In this document: positions 1 through 12,191 of the stretch, in pieces
Layout of the letters: each line of letters begins with the position of its first letter
Position numbering within the stretch: position 1 is the first letter of the stretch
Assembly: GCF_041146345.1 (NCBI RefSeq)
Contig: NW_027191404.1
Location: 1,736,001-1,800,000 of the forward strand
Length of the DNA: 64,000 nt
Direction: 5' to 3'
Source of the DNA: Neodothiora populina
Lineage: Eukaryota
Notes under the pieces: model-generated
What the model was told of the DNA's origin: nothing
Databases searched by the model: none
What the model saw: only the letters and a program-made list of their open reading frames with translations
Translations under genes and position numbers: made by a program

Positions 1-913
1 GGAGTTCTTCTTTAGCTTTGATATCCTTCTTGACACGATTGAGGTGGCCGCGAAATTGATTCACTTGGTCTGGCGTAGCCGTTTGATCAAGGATGACGGC
101 AAGCAGGTCCATCATACTCTGGTCCAAAAGACTCTCGTTGTAAATCTCGCGGAGGCATAAACCAAGGGTAGGGTTGTTGACTTCTCGCGATTTTCTGACT
201 GCTGCGTCGATGATTTCCGGCAGGTTTGGTCGAGCGATCTTGACCTGCTGAACGGTGGGTTTTGGAGTGGTGGATTTTCGCGGGGCACGCTTTGACGCAG
301 GAGTCGCAGATGCAGGCTTTGCAATTGTTGAAGGTGTGGCCGCGTTGCGAGTGCGCCCAGAGGCTTCCGAAGGCGATTTACGTGGTGCGATGACAGGAGT
401 TGACTGAGCCGGGGTAGATGCAATTGCAGGAGACGAAGCAACAGTTCTGGCCAAACTGCTCCTGGAAGTCTTTCCTTTGCCCGTCTTTTTGGCCTTACGA
501 GGCATGTAGTCTTGATCCTTTTCGTCGTCGAAGATGACTAAAGGCGGCTCTTGTGTCATGGCAGCATCCTCAGGGAGCGCAGGGAGGTCGAGCGAGGGAG
601 TCATCTCAGGAGTGTCCTGGGTGTCTGAGAGAACGCCGCCAGCACTGCTCTTGCCTGATACGTTCTTCTTCGGCGCTGGATCTCCGCGCACCCTTGATCT
701 CACTTTGGCATTAGGAGCCTGGCCTAATGGCAACATGTCTTCCAACACTCCGAAAGCTGCGCCTCCGTGGTCTTCATAACTCGCTTTGGGGTTTTCCAGG
801 GGCGGCTCTATCCACCCCGTGCTTTCGTCATCTTTTTTCTCCTTTGGCACTGACTGCGATGCTCGCGCGTGACTACTCGAATGTCTTGATCTGCCGTTAT
901 TCGTTCCAGGCAT
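1..913 (-). CDS. 5' part of a nuclear protein, possibly of the fungal PHD-finger (Rco1/Cph1-like) type; runs off the window edge
   Basis: Not in the ORF track because it has no stop in the window. Hand translation from ATG 913 is open to base 1: MPGTNNGRSRHSSSHARASQSVPKEKKDDESTGWIEPPLENPKASYEDHGGAAFGVLEDMLPLGQAPNAKVRSR...DDEKDQDYMPRKAKK...MMDLLAVILDQTATPDQVNQFRGHLNRVKKDIKAKEEL. The WxEPPL...DH...GVLExMxPLG block resembles N-termini I recall from Pezizomycotina PHD proteins, but no PHD is visible here, so the product is tentative. Confidence 0.7.
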   Translation of the reverse strand, partial: MPGTNNGRSRHSSSHARASQSVPKEKKDDESTGWIEPPLENPKASYEDHGGAAFGVLEDMLPLGQAPNAKVRSRVRGDPAPKKNVSGKSSAGGVLSDTQDTPEMTPSLDLPALPEDAAMTQEPPLVIFDDEKDQDYMPRKAKKTGKGKTSRSSLARTVASSPAIASTPAQSTPVIAPRKSPSEASGRTRNAATPSTIAKPASATPASKRAPRKSTTPKPTVQQVKIARPNLPEIIDAAVRKSREVNNPTLGLCLREIYNESLLDQSMMDLLAVILDQTATPDQVNQFRGHLNRVKKDIKAKEEL

Positions 914-1770
914 GACTTCCGGATACCGCCTTGGGGTTGTGTGGTTTCCGTACACTTAAGTGGTTCCTGCCTCACAAAGTCGAGCCCGGTTCCCGTGTGA
1001 CGCCTCTGCACATGTTAGCGATTGCCTATTCTTCCGCTACGGGATCATCCTCCTACCCAGGGCTGTCCAATTGCGGGCGGACCTTTCAGTAAATCAGAAG
1101 ATTCTATACGTTCTATCACGTCTCGGCGCGTCGTGGCGTCAATATTTGGTTGAAATAACGCGATGCGTTGATGCAGTGCACGAAGTTCGGAGGTCAGCGA
1201 AGTGCACCACCGATCTAACTGGGCTTCTAACAACTCTATTGTTGCTATGCCTGGATTGTTGCTGTACGGATAGGGGCAAATTTTCCCAGCCACTCCACTG
1301 GGTGTATATCAAGACGAATGCTCTGTTGAATAGATGTGAGAAATTCACGTGATGTAACATATATCCGTAGCTGCCTCGTTCGAAAATTATTGGGTTTCGT
1401 GTTACACAGCAAGGTCAGAGGCAAGACCAGCATTAGCATTAGGCTGCTACACTGCTTTGTTCAACCGAATGCATATGACACTCCTTCACCTGCACACTCT
1501 AATGGATCTCTGCAATGCGCTGCACAATGCTTGTCTTTCAATACAGTCGAAATATACTCTACTGTACTTCATATTGTGTCCCAAGTGTCCCATGCGTCAA
1601 CTTTTTTTCCTATATCTTTGTGCTTCGTGGCCATTTCCCAAGACTAGGCCCGAGGGCGCTGCATGTATCTGCTATATGCGTCACGAGGAAATGGCGTATT
1701 CGCATAGTAGCCAAGCTTGTGTGGCCGCTCATGCGTGATTCAGCTCTGCCTTTGGGTAGAGATGTTTCTT

Positions 1771-3195
1771 CTACGCCTCTGTCTTGGCAGCGGGCTTCTT
1801 CTTGTTCTTGCTCTTTGTCGCCTTAGCGAGAGGCTCTTCGAGGATCTTGAGGATCTCCTCATCGGTGATCTTCTTGTCCGTCTTGTACTTCTCGAGATCT
1901 AGTGCAGGAGGAGCACTCAATCTAGTGAGGCCGTTCTTGGTAATGGCTGAGTTTGGGAATTAGCTTTGCGCACACCAAGACAATTGCTGAATCTCGAAGT
2001 CTTTGTGAACTTACCAACAGTGCTGAAGACACGGGAGACGGCCTCGTTGTCCTTGTCACCGATGACCTCGTACTGGCGAATGACGCCACCGCGGACGCAC
2101 TCAACAACACCGACCTTGGCGGCACGCTCATCGTCGAGTTGACGGAGAGAGAAGGGGAAGGTTCCGAACTTCTTGACAACCTCCGAAAGGGTGGCTCTTG
2201 AGCTGGGGCGCTTGAGACCGTAGGTGGTGGTGGTGCGACGGTGCAGGGTAGGGCGGTTGCTAAGAGTCTTGACCTTGCCGGTACCAACACTGACACCAAC
2301 TTCTACACCCCAAACCTCGCCAACCTCGGGAAGTCCCTCTCCGCGGACACCCTCGCCGGGCTCCAGGATGATCTTCTTCTTGCCCTCGATTTCATTTCGC
2401 TCGAATTGCCAGCAGGTGGTGTTCTCGACCAAGTTGCAGCCGTAGCTCTTGACAACCTTCTCCAACAGCTGCGTAATTCTGCCTTGGCTGTACGGCTTCT
2501 GGGACTGGGCCTTGGCCTTCTCCTCTTCGCTGCCCGTGGCAAGGAGACCTGGGGGCACCATCAATCGCAAGAGCAACTCGTTGGCGTAGTGTGTAGCAAG
2601 AAGAAGGTTGGCCTCCTGTTCCTGGACCTCCTTGGAAGCCTCTCCGGCAACGATGATGGTGTCGCAAACAATGGATCCGAAACCGTCGATCTGTGCTCCG
2701 AGCTGGATCTTCACAGCCTCTGCGGCCTTGAGAGTGGTGGCAGCCTCCTCGGCATCGGCCTTGAGAGGAGTGTAGGGAGTGACGTATGAGCTAGGAGACA
2801 CGGTGGTAGGGTGTGCGATACCCTTGGAGATCTTCTTGCCCTTGTAGACCTTGGCGACCTCCTCCTCGAGCAGCTTGTCGCCTCTCTCGCAAAGATCAAC
2901 GATGCTGGCGCCCTCCTTGCACCATCCTAGAGCAGGTCAATTGGGGTGATTCGACATGTGACCGATCATGCGAGTGTACCTGAAACTGTCTCGAGGACTT
3001 TGTGGGAAATCTGAGCGGCAGTCTTGTACTTGGTAAGGCTGTTTCCATGTTAAAATTGAGGCAGGTGACCTTTGCACAATCTATGATTCATACGTATCGG
3101 GGTTGTTCAGAGAGTAATCTGAGAGATGGATTCAGTAATTTTTCACATATCCAGTAAGCGGCTGACTTACCGATCTCAACCTTTTCTTCGGCCAT
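1771..3195 (-). CDS. cdb4: Curved DNA-binding protein / Ebp1 (PA2G4)-like, inactive M24 peptidase fold, 60S-associated
   Basis: Spliced model: MAEEKVEI|DYSLNNPDT|LTKYKTAAQISHKVLETVS|GWCKEGASIV..., then KIQLGAQIDGFG, HRRTTTTYGLKRPSSR, KKFGTFPFSLRQL, and a lysine-rich C-terminus (KATKSKNKKKPAAKTEA*, stop 1771-1773). Canonical GT-AG introns; the first two exons are 25 nt each. Confidence 0.9.
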
Positions 3196-4716
3196 GATGG
3201 GCAATAGTGGATTAGTGGTGTATAGTGGGGATGTGATATAATGTGATGTGAGTGGAAGAAGGCCAAGAGAGCTTTGCGTCTTCCGCACATGGATTTCACT
3301 CCAGCTCCCAAATAGGTGGGGTTTGTCTTGTCTTGTGCTTTGTCGAGAGCCCCACGCATGACGATGCATCACACATCCCGCCTTCGGCCCAATGACCAGA
3401 CCTTGGCTGCATTTTGTATCAAGGCATTGGTTTACAGTGGATACAGTGATCATCACCACAACATAAGTGATAACGGCGGACTCAGGCTGGATGAGAACGC
3501 AACCTCGAAGACTCTCCTACGTCTGTCGCATTTGACTGCCCTTTCGAACCACGACCGCTACGATACGTCCATTCTACGAGCTTCGAGCCATCATTGAGCC
3601 ATCCTAAGTCAACAGCTCAAGACCGATATCGTATCCAAGGACTTGACTTTTCCAACCCTCGAAGCTGCAATACCTTGGCTGCAATACTGTAAATAAATCA
3701 TGGAATGGTGTAGCGTGACATAGAAGAAACAGAAGTTTTGCGAATGTAAGGCTAATAGAGTAATTAATAATTGAGCCATGAACTTGAATGCTATCCTGTA
3801 GACCGCTTAATATTATGGATATCAGAATCTAGAATACAACTGACTGAGCCATTCGAAAGGCTGGAATCGAAAGAATCGTAGCCGTGCCGCGCCTCGTATA
3901 CTTCACGTACGTCGAAGAATGACCCGCGTTACATCACTTTGGTGTACGAGAGACACAAAGCGTGGCCGGCCTCGACCAGGCTTCACAGCTCGAAAAGGAG
4001 GACGCTCAGACTGGGAATTGTGCATGATCTCTACTGGGGGTATAAATCATACGACAGTCATGATTCAAGATCAACGTATCTGAGGAGATTGATTGCGGTG
4101 ATCTTGGCATAACATCTGGCCTCCGCGCTAGATGCCCCAGAGGTCAGCCAGGGGATGGTCATCAATCCGATACTTGACTGTATGTAGACACAGGTCCTGT
4201 ACGACCAGCCGAACAAATATAGCTACTTGGGAAAAGTTCAAGCTCGGTCCGTCATTATTATTGTAGAATTACTCGTTAGATATATTGGACGCTTGCGAAC
4301 AGGAAACCGTTGAGAGGTTTACTACCATGGTGGGATCCAGGCGCACGACAGATCGAGTCTGCCACAAGTCTTGGTCTGTGTTGGTTCGAGCTCACCAGCC
4401 CAGCGCCCGCTTGTTCTGCCCCGTCCGCTTGCAAGTTCACACGTCACAGCGGCGCGGCCACTCGGGAAACTTCTGGATGTGTTCCTGAAACCCGCTCTTT
4501 CCATGTTCAAGGATCGACTCTCTAAAAGATATTGAACCTCCTCACTGCCTACCTTCACTTGTCAAGCTTCTCATTCTTCATTGTGGTCCGTGTTTCTTGT
4601 GGTCGTGTTTCTTGTGGTCGTGGTTCCAGTAGCTAGCAAAGACCAACTGAGCAGGAGGCTCCCAAAATTGAGTGACTGGTAGTTCTCACCCCTCTGCTAC
4701 TATCATAACAATCAAG

Positions 4717-4812
4717 GTATGACATGTCTGTGACCTCAACGAACGTCGAACCGAATTCTCAATTATTTCTTCGACATTTTGCACAAAGTCTCAATTGCTG
4801 AACGCACTACAG
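4717..4812 (+). other. Probable 5'-UTR intron of TPS2
   Basis: AAG|GTATGA donor at 4717, GCTGAAC branch-like site near 4797, and CTACAG acceptor ending at 4812, 31 nt before the ATG. Confidence 0.55.
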
Positions 4813-4843
4813 GAAGTCACTGTATCAGCGGGCATTTTTCATA

Positions 4844-7806
4844 ATGTCGAACCAACGCCCCCTCATGGATCGTAATATCTCTATCAACCCAGCTCTGGCC
4901 CCTGAGAACACAAATATACCCGTCACACCAGCAGGTGATGCCTCTGGACAATCAGCCTACTTTGACTCAAGACAACAAACTCCAAGTGAAGCTCAGGTCA
5001 ATAGCTTAGGTATGGTCAGCTTACCTGCGTTCGTGAACATTGCTAACGAGCCCGTAGATTTCAAGAACCAACAAGCTACCAATTCTACTGGCGAGCAGTC
5101 GGTGCCAAGATCGGCTTCCATTGGAGAGCAGCCGCAGCAACCTGATTCTGCCGATGTTGATCCTAGAGACGCTCACCCGGGTCTTCATTTGAGTGGCAAT
5201 GTGATAAGCGCAAGCTTCTGCGTCCCATACGATATCACGCACGCATCTGAGGGCGAATGGGTAGGTAATCTCTTGTGGCCAAATTTTTACAATTGCACTG
5301 ACACGGCGTAGATTTTAACTTCTCGACGCGGCACGTCTGCTTTGTTCGATTCATTTGCTTATCTGTCTTCTCCAGAGTCACCATGGAATCATACCCTGAT
5401 TGGCTGGACTGGGGAGATCAAGAGATCCAGTATTGAACATCCGCATCAAAAAGCTAACATGACGTCGATGGACATTGCTCCCCTGAACAAAGCGTCGGCT
5501 CCTATACCTGTACCTGGGCATGCTCAAACATCCCAAGCGGCACAGCACGAAGGGTTGAGAATAAGCGAGGCGGATCGCCTGAGCCTTAACAAGCAACTCG
5601 AGCGTGACCAAGGCGGCAAAATCATTCCCGTATGGCTGCCCGACGAAATGGACGGTGATGTGATGATCCTTAAGGAACAGAACAAGTGGCGCCGCTACGC
5701 TGAGCACGAGCTCTACACTTTGTTTCACTACAAGCAGAATGAGCCCACAGATGGACGATCGATACGCAAGTCTTGGGCAGATTACTTCCGTCTCAACAAG
5801 GCTTTCGCGGATAAGATCCTCGAGACCTATAAGCCAGGCGATGTGGTCTTGATCCATGATTACCACTTGCTGCTACTACCGAGCCTCCTCCGTCAAAGAG
5901 TCCCCAACATCTACATTGGCTTCTTTCTGCATGTGCCTTTCCCCAGTAGCGAATTTTACAGATGTCTTAGCCGACGGAAGGACGTCCTCGAAGGAGTACT
6001 AGGTGCCAACATGGTCGGGTTCCAATCTTTCAGCTACTCACGACACTTTTCGTCCTGCTCCACGAGAGTACTTGGGTTCGATTCTTCAGCAAGTGGCGTG
6101 GATGCATACGGCGCCCACGTTGCTGTTGAGGTATTCCCCATAGGCATAAATGCATCTGCCACCCATCTAATGGCATTCAACGATGCTGCTGTTGACGAAA
6201 AGATTGCTGGCATCAGGGCGTTGTATGCCGGTAAGAAGATCATTGTTGGCAGAGATCGTCTCGACTCTGTCCGCGGCGTAGCTCAAAAGCTTCAAGCTTT
6301 CGAGATCTTCCTTGAGAGACATCCTGAGTGGCACGACAAAGTTGTCCTCATCCAGGTGACGAGTCCTACCAGTGTCGAAGACAAGGATGAGAGCACCGAT
6401 AAGACCGCGAACAAGATCTCTGACTTGGTCGCAAGAATCAACGGCAACTATGGTTCTCTCAGCTTTACCCCTGTGCAGCACTATCCACAGTATCTTTCGA
6501 AGGAGGAATATTTTGCGTTGCTCCGAGTGGCAGATGTCGGTCTGATCACTAGTGTCAGAGACGGTATGAACACGACGGCATTAGAATATGTCATTGCGCA
6601 GAAAGACAACCACGGACCTCTGATAATATCCGAGTTTTCGGGTACTGCAGCAAGTCTTGGTGACGCAATACATATCAACCCATGGGATTTGGGAGGCACC
6701 GCAGACGAGATCCACAAGGCTCTAGTTATGGAGCCCAAGCAAAAGCAAGTGATCCACGAAAAGCTATATCAGAGTGTAACGACAAACACAGTCCAGGCAT
6801 GGATCAGCAACTACCTGAAGCGATTGCTCACCAACCTAGCCTCTTTCAACAACTCTTTTGCCACACCGGCACTGGACAAAATCAAGTTGCTCGCTCAGTA
6901 TCGCAAATCGGAAAAGCGACTATTCATGTTTGACTACGATGGCACCCTCACGCCTATCGTTAAAGATCCTCAATCGGCTATCCCATCTGACCGAGTGGTT
7001 CGTACGCTCAAGACCCTCGCTTCGGATCCTCGTAATGCGGTCTGGATCATAAGTGGTCGCGACCAAGCCTTCCTCGATGAATGGTTGGGGCACATCACGG
7101 AGCTCGGACTCAGCGCTGAACACGGTAGCTTCTTGCGCAAACCCAAGCACGATATCTGGGAGAATCTCACCGAGAAGGAGGATATGTCTTGGCAGAAGAA
7201 GGTCATTGAGGTTTTCCAGCATTATACTGAGCGGACACAAGGTAGCTTCATCGAGCGCAAGAAGATTGCGGTGACATGGCATTACCGTCGTGCGGATCCC
7301 GAGTATGGTGCTTTTCAAGCTCGCGAGTGCCGCAAGGAACTAGAGAACACAGTTGGCAAGGAGTACGACGTCGAAGTCATGCCTGGCAAAGCCAATCTAG
7401 AAGTCCGACCCAGGTTTGTAAACAAAGGCGAGATCGCAAAGCGTCTCATCGAGGAGTATGGTGAAGAAGCTGGCGCTGCACCTGAGTTTGTGTTTTGCTC
7501 TGGTGATGATTTCACGGATGAGGGTGAGTCACAAATCCACTTGTCGCCACAACTGGCTTTGTTTTCGGCTATCGCTAATTCTTTTCTACAGACATGTTCA
7601 GGTCGCTACGCGATTCTAACCTCCCCAGGGAGCACATGTTTTCCGTGACGGTCGGTGCCAGTTCAAAGCAAACACTCGCAACTTGGCATCTGCTTGAGCC
7701 TGCCGACGTGATATCATCCATTGCCTTGCTTAACGGATCCACAGACGCTGGCAACAGTGGCCCAGCGTCAGTACTGGACGGCGTTGTGCCCGAGAAACGA
7801 CCTTGA
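4844..7806 (+). CDS. TPS2: Trehalose-6-phosphate phosphatase (TPS complex subunit; GT20 domain plus HAD phosphatase domain)
   Basis: IHDYHLLLLP, GFFLHVPFPSSE, GRDRLD and RDGMN motifs; HAD motifs FDYDGTLTPIV and GDDFTDE. Introns at 5261-5311 and ~7524-7591. Confidence 0.95.
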
Positions 7807-8976
7807 GAAGAGAAGATATCTCATGGAAACTAGAAACAAGCGTGCCTATATAGACAAGGTATGAAGGAATACTACAAGGTGCAAAGCATGAGTTTCAATT
7901 GCAAAACAAAGTAGCTTACTTTACCCGGTCAAGCGACAGAAAACTAGGACAACGCAAGCTCAGCTTCGTTTCAAGGTTACTTGTGCATGGCTGGCTGTCA
8001 ATTAGAGCAGGGGCCGTGTGGCCCAGAATAATAACAACAGTTTACTTACAGAATACGAAGTGAGGTCACTTCAAGCTTCGCAACTCGCGTGGCACCTGCA
8101 TGCGGCACATGTTGGGCCCTGAAACCTGCGCCCCAGCTCCAGCTTCACACCCGCCGATCACCAGTCACGAATTGCGTCGACACTCTCTTCACCTCCTGCA
8201 TGCCGTGACCGCGTAATCGCCTCTGGTGGAGACGTGACCTCTCCCTCTCACGAGAGCTCACGTACAGCAACGTACCCGCGGTTTTTGCGGGACAATGGGT
8301 GCCAAGATGAAGCTGCGCGATAAATGATTTGCTCGGTCACGGACGGCTCCTGAGTCCACGGACCGCAACTTGATAATTGCTGCAGGACGCCAACCCACGC
8401 TTGCGGCAGGGCTCAGCATCAAATCAATTAACCCATCAGGAACACTCCCCCATTCCAACTGCAATGCTGCAGTGCCTTCGAACCGACCCTTTCTCTGCCT
8501 ACCGCAAAGCCCCTCTTCAAAGTCCTTCCTTTTCTGTATATCTCTTATCTAGAAACTGTTCAGTTTATTTTTTCTCTTCGCCCTTTCCCGCGCGCGCGTG
8601 CCTTTTAACGAAACCCCCCAATTGTCGATCTCTCTATTCTCCTTCTCTCGCTCCTTTGTAGTCATCTTCGGGCATCGCTTGATATCCAATACGCGCATCA
8701 CCCCACCAAAACCGTAACTTTCTCGAGTATCCCATAAAAGCCAGAGCTCGAGCTTGACTGTTGTAGACGTATCTGCGGTTTCAGACTCGGCATAAAATCA
8801 GCTGGACCACTCGAGATATACTTTCTCGAAACCACAGGGAGGGGGAAAGAACAAAACGTCGCCTACCACTACACTCCCTTAAGCTTGATATCGACCGCCT
8901 ACAAGGTCCGATCCCTGATCACGCATACACAAGACGAACACACATACACACACGCACACACACACATATATCCACA

Positions 8977-9249
8977 ATGGGGTTCATGGAACAGCTACGT
9001 GCCAAATATGAAATCTACCGCCTGGAGCAACGTTACACGCGGCGCGACAAGCGCAAGACGTACACGACCGGGGCGACCTATGTCGACGGAGAATACGTCT
9101 ACGGAGACTCGCCCACGACGTCGACGACGACGACCAACAGTTCGGCGACGTGGGGGGAGAGCATGAACGGGCGGCTGGGCGCTAGCAAGAGGAATGCGGG
9201 CGTTAAAGTCAAGGACATCATGTCGTCGTCGAAGGGGACAAGGATATAA
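8977..9249 (+). CDS. Small uncharacterised protein (90 aa)
   Basis: Good start context (ACAATGG) and GC3-biased codons. The motif AKYEIYRLEQRYTRR...YVDGEYVY resembles a small Pezizomycotina family I recall. Preceded by a CA-rich leader. Confidence 0.75.
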   Translation: MGFMEQLRAKYEIYRLEQRYTRRDKRKTYTTGATYVDGEYVYGDSPTTSTTTTNSSATWGESMNGRLGASKRNAGVKVKDIMSSSKGTRI

Positions 9250-9881
9250 GAGCTTGGTTCTCTGTTTTCATCTCCCTCATGTCACGTATTTGTACGTTCG
9301 TCGTTGGGACATGGGCATGAAATAGTCTGGGAGAGGGGCATGGAATATATACCCCATGCAGATGTTATTCCTATCTTCTCTCTGTGGTCTCAGACGAGGG
9401 AGCCTGCGTGCGAAACCTCATTACAGGAGTTTCTATGATATGATTGATTTTTTTCAAAAGCACAGCGGCCCCCTAGCTCCAAACATGCGATGATCCAATG
9501 CTACACAGAAATTGGCAGGATCTCGGAGCTTGGATGGTCGCTGGTTGTTTTCTTTTCTTTTCTTCACCGTGCATCACACGGGTCCTCTTTCGCTTCTTGT
9601 CAATAGATCATTGAGCGAATTTCACTTCTCTCATTCTCCATTCGATGCCGTTGCAGAGATACTCGCGATGGGCTCTCGCGCGTGCAGGTAGTGAAAGCTT
9701 GGGTCTCGTTGCTGGGCTGGGTTGCGCTCTGTGCTCAATCGCCTGTTGACCTGAGTATGCGCATGATACGTGCATGTGGTCCTGGAGCCAAGAATGGATG
9801 GTACACCTTGCTAGGTGAGAGTCACATGGGACTGGTGAGTGAAAACGCAGCAATCATAATTGCCGTCCGACGGTAACGTTT

Positions 9882-11546
9882 TCAGTCCTCGACGAGCTGT
9901 AGATTTCTCATGAGATCGTAGTACAAGCGCACGGCTTCGACGTGAGCGCGCATGTCGATGCGTTCGTCAACCGTATGCACACCTTTCGTCGTTCCTGACC
10001 AGCGCGGAGAGAACCTGTATATGTTCCTTGACAGATTCCAGTAGTGGACTGTATCCGTGTTTCCTGTCATGATATCTCCGACGGGCACAACCATTGTGAC
10101 TGTGGGATCTCTTTTCTCAAAGACGCTGCGGATAGTACCGGCGAACACCCGCCAATACGGTATGTCGCTTCCAGTCGGAGTGATGGGTGACGGAGGCAAC
10201 TCGTCCTTTGTAGTGATATTGAGCACTCCGTTACCGGTATCGATATCTGTGTAGCCAAAGCCATTCACCCCGACCTTGAAATCATGTGCGATCGGGGCAA
10301 GAAAGTCTGCTATTGTCCGGAACATGTTGTCTGTATTGTCTGTAGGCAGTACACGATAGTTGACGACGACTTCGACACTTTCTGGTACAACATTGTCCGC
10401 CACACCGCCGCTGATGACATCCACAGACTGCGACGTTTGGAAGGCCCAGCGGACTGTGTCGCCTCGTGAGTCTATCAATCTCTCGGCCAGGTCCTTTCCG
10501 CTCCGGAGTTCTTTTGGAAGCCACGACTCGACACTGCCCGGCGAATATTGTGCTTGACATTCGAGGTAATTTCGGAAAGGGTTGTTCAAGTCGAGGTTGG
10601 GAGGCATAGGGTTTTCCTCAAGCTCCTGTATGAATAGGGACATGACGCCGATAGCTGTATGCGGCGGTGGGGCCGAGCTGTGCCCACCAGTCATCTGCAA
10701 TTGTAGGACAAGATCCACGAAGCCCTTCTCTGCGACGCCGGGCCTTGCGTAAGCGATGTCGTTGATCTGCTCAATGCCCATGCCGCCTTCGTCCAAAATC
10801 ATGGCGACGCTTTGAGACCCGTAGATTTTCTCTATGTGAGCAGCAAGACTCTTCGCACCGCGTTGCCCGCCAGTCTCTTCGTCGTACCCGAACGAAAGCA
10901 TGATTGTGCGTTTGTTCAGGAAACCTTGCTGGAGCAGCTCTTCAAGAGCGCTAAGCAGGCCAACGAGGTTATTCTTGCAGTCAACTGATCCCCTACCCCA
11001 AAGCCATCTCCCGTCATAATGTCCGTCGAAAGGAGGATGGGTCCATGTGGACGGGTCAGTCACAGGAACGACGTCTTGATGGGCCATGAATATGATGGGT
11101 TGGAGGTCAGGAGAACTCCCTTTGAGTGTATACAATAATCCAAATGTGTTCACTTTTTCCAACTCAGTCTTCTCGTGGACTTTTGGGAATTTTGAGCGTA
11201 GAACATCATGTAGCTCTTTGAAGCTGGACCATCTTGCGTCGGCATCAGGGTCACCATTGTCATTATACGAGATGGTCGCCACCTTTACCGCGGCGGACAG
11301 TCGCTCGACCTGCTGGGCCAGGAATGTTTCATTCACAAAGCTTTCAGAAATGGCCATTCCATCGTCGGCTGCGATCAAAGGTTCCGGGATAGCGCACCAT
11401 TCCGGCTCCTTCAGCAGTGAATCTTGACTTTCTAGATTCAATGGTTTATAGTGCTTGAAGACTGTTGATACAGCAGTCAGCAGTCCGAAGACGACTACCA
11501 TGAACAATAGCAGCCTATGCCATGCCAAATTCTCGTGCCACGCCAT
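9882..11546 (-). CDS. CPS1: Gly-Xaa carboxypeptidase (carboxypeptidase S-like, peptidase M20), type II membrane anchor
   Basis: Intronless ORF with an N-terminal hydrophobic anchor (LLLFMVVVFGLLTAV). Zinc-ligand motifs AHQDVVP, WGRGSVDCK, GYDEE, DEGG, GGHSS and HTVDE. The first ATG is at 11546; the ORF track starts at a TTG. Confidence 0.88.
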   Translation of the reverse strand: MAWHENLAWHRLLLFMVVVFGLLTAVSTVFKHYKPLNLESQDSLLKEPEWCAIPEPLIAADDGMAISESFVNETFLAQQVERLSAAVKVATISYNDNGDPDADARWSSFKELHDVLRSKFPKVHEKTELEKVNTFGLLYTLKGSSPDLQPIIFMAHQDVVPVTDPSTWTHPPFDGHYDGRWLWGRGSVDCKNNLVGLLSALEELLQQGFLNKRTIMLSFGYDEETGGQRGAKSLAAHIEKIYGSQSVAMILDEGGMGIEQINDIAYARPGVAEKGFVDLVLQLQMTGGHSSAPPPHTAIGVMSLFIQELEENPMPPNLDLNNPFRNYLECQAQYSPGSVESWLPKELRSGKDLAERLIDSRGDTVRWAFQTSQSVDVISGGVADNVVPESVEVVVNYRVLPTDNTDNMFRTIADFLAPIAHDFKVGVNGFGYTDIDTGNGVLNITTKDELPPSPITPTGSDIPYWRVFAGTIRSVFEKRDPTVTMVVPVGDIMTGNTDTVHYWNLSRNIYRFSPRWSGTTKGVHTVDERIDMRAHVEAVRLYYDLMRNLQLVED

Positions 11547-12191
11547 GTTCAAGACGTCTTTCCGTTAGTTGGGTACATTGGTTATCATGGCAGGTTGATC
11601 GACCACAACTAAGGTGAATGCATCATGGAAGCTCGGACCAAGAACTCTGAGTACATAAGGTAAGGTACCTTAAAGTAAGGTGTGGTACCTCAAGGGACAG
11701 TAGGTGCGGTATTACGGCAGGAATATGCTGGTGCATTGTGATCGTTTACATTTCAATACACGGTACAGCAGGTAGTCGGGGGACTCGTCGGTGTCGGTCA
11801 TCTAACCGATTTACATGTACTTGTACTGTGCATTGCGATCAATCAGTACTCACAAGGCAGGTATGTCTTTCATGGCATTGGCATAAGTACAGTATGGGTC
11901 AACGGACTGGACGGATGCTTTAAATCCGACGAAAATCTCGCAAGGATTGCCAGATCAGGCTAAGGTTGTGGGGAGTCAGCGCCTCAATTGATCCTCCACT
12001 TATTGGATCCCCGTATACAACCTTAGTGCTGCCTCACTGCTCCATTCACTTCATCAAAGTCCGTGAATGGTATGTGTAGCGAGGAACCCTAGAGTATGGG
12101 CAGTCCTAGCTGTAATCGGTTGATTATCGTATCATCCTCTAATCACAAGTCGTTGTGAGCGGCCTGCCTGCGTGGGGCGTTTCTTTGCATC

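Noticed and set aside
1045..1293. Protein-like 82-codon minus-strand ORF upstream of the first gene
   Set aside because: It starts at GTG with an in-frame stop just upstream, has no ATG, and has no clear splice link to the downstream CDS.
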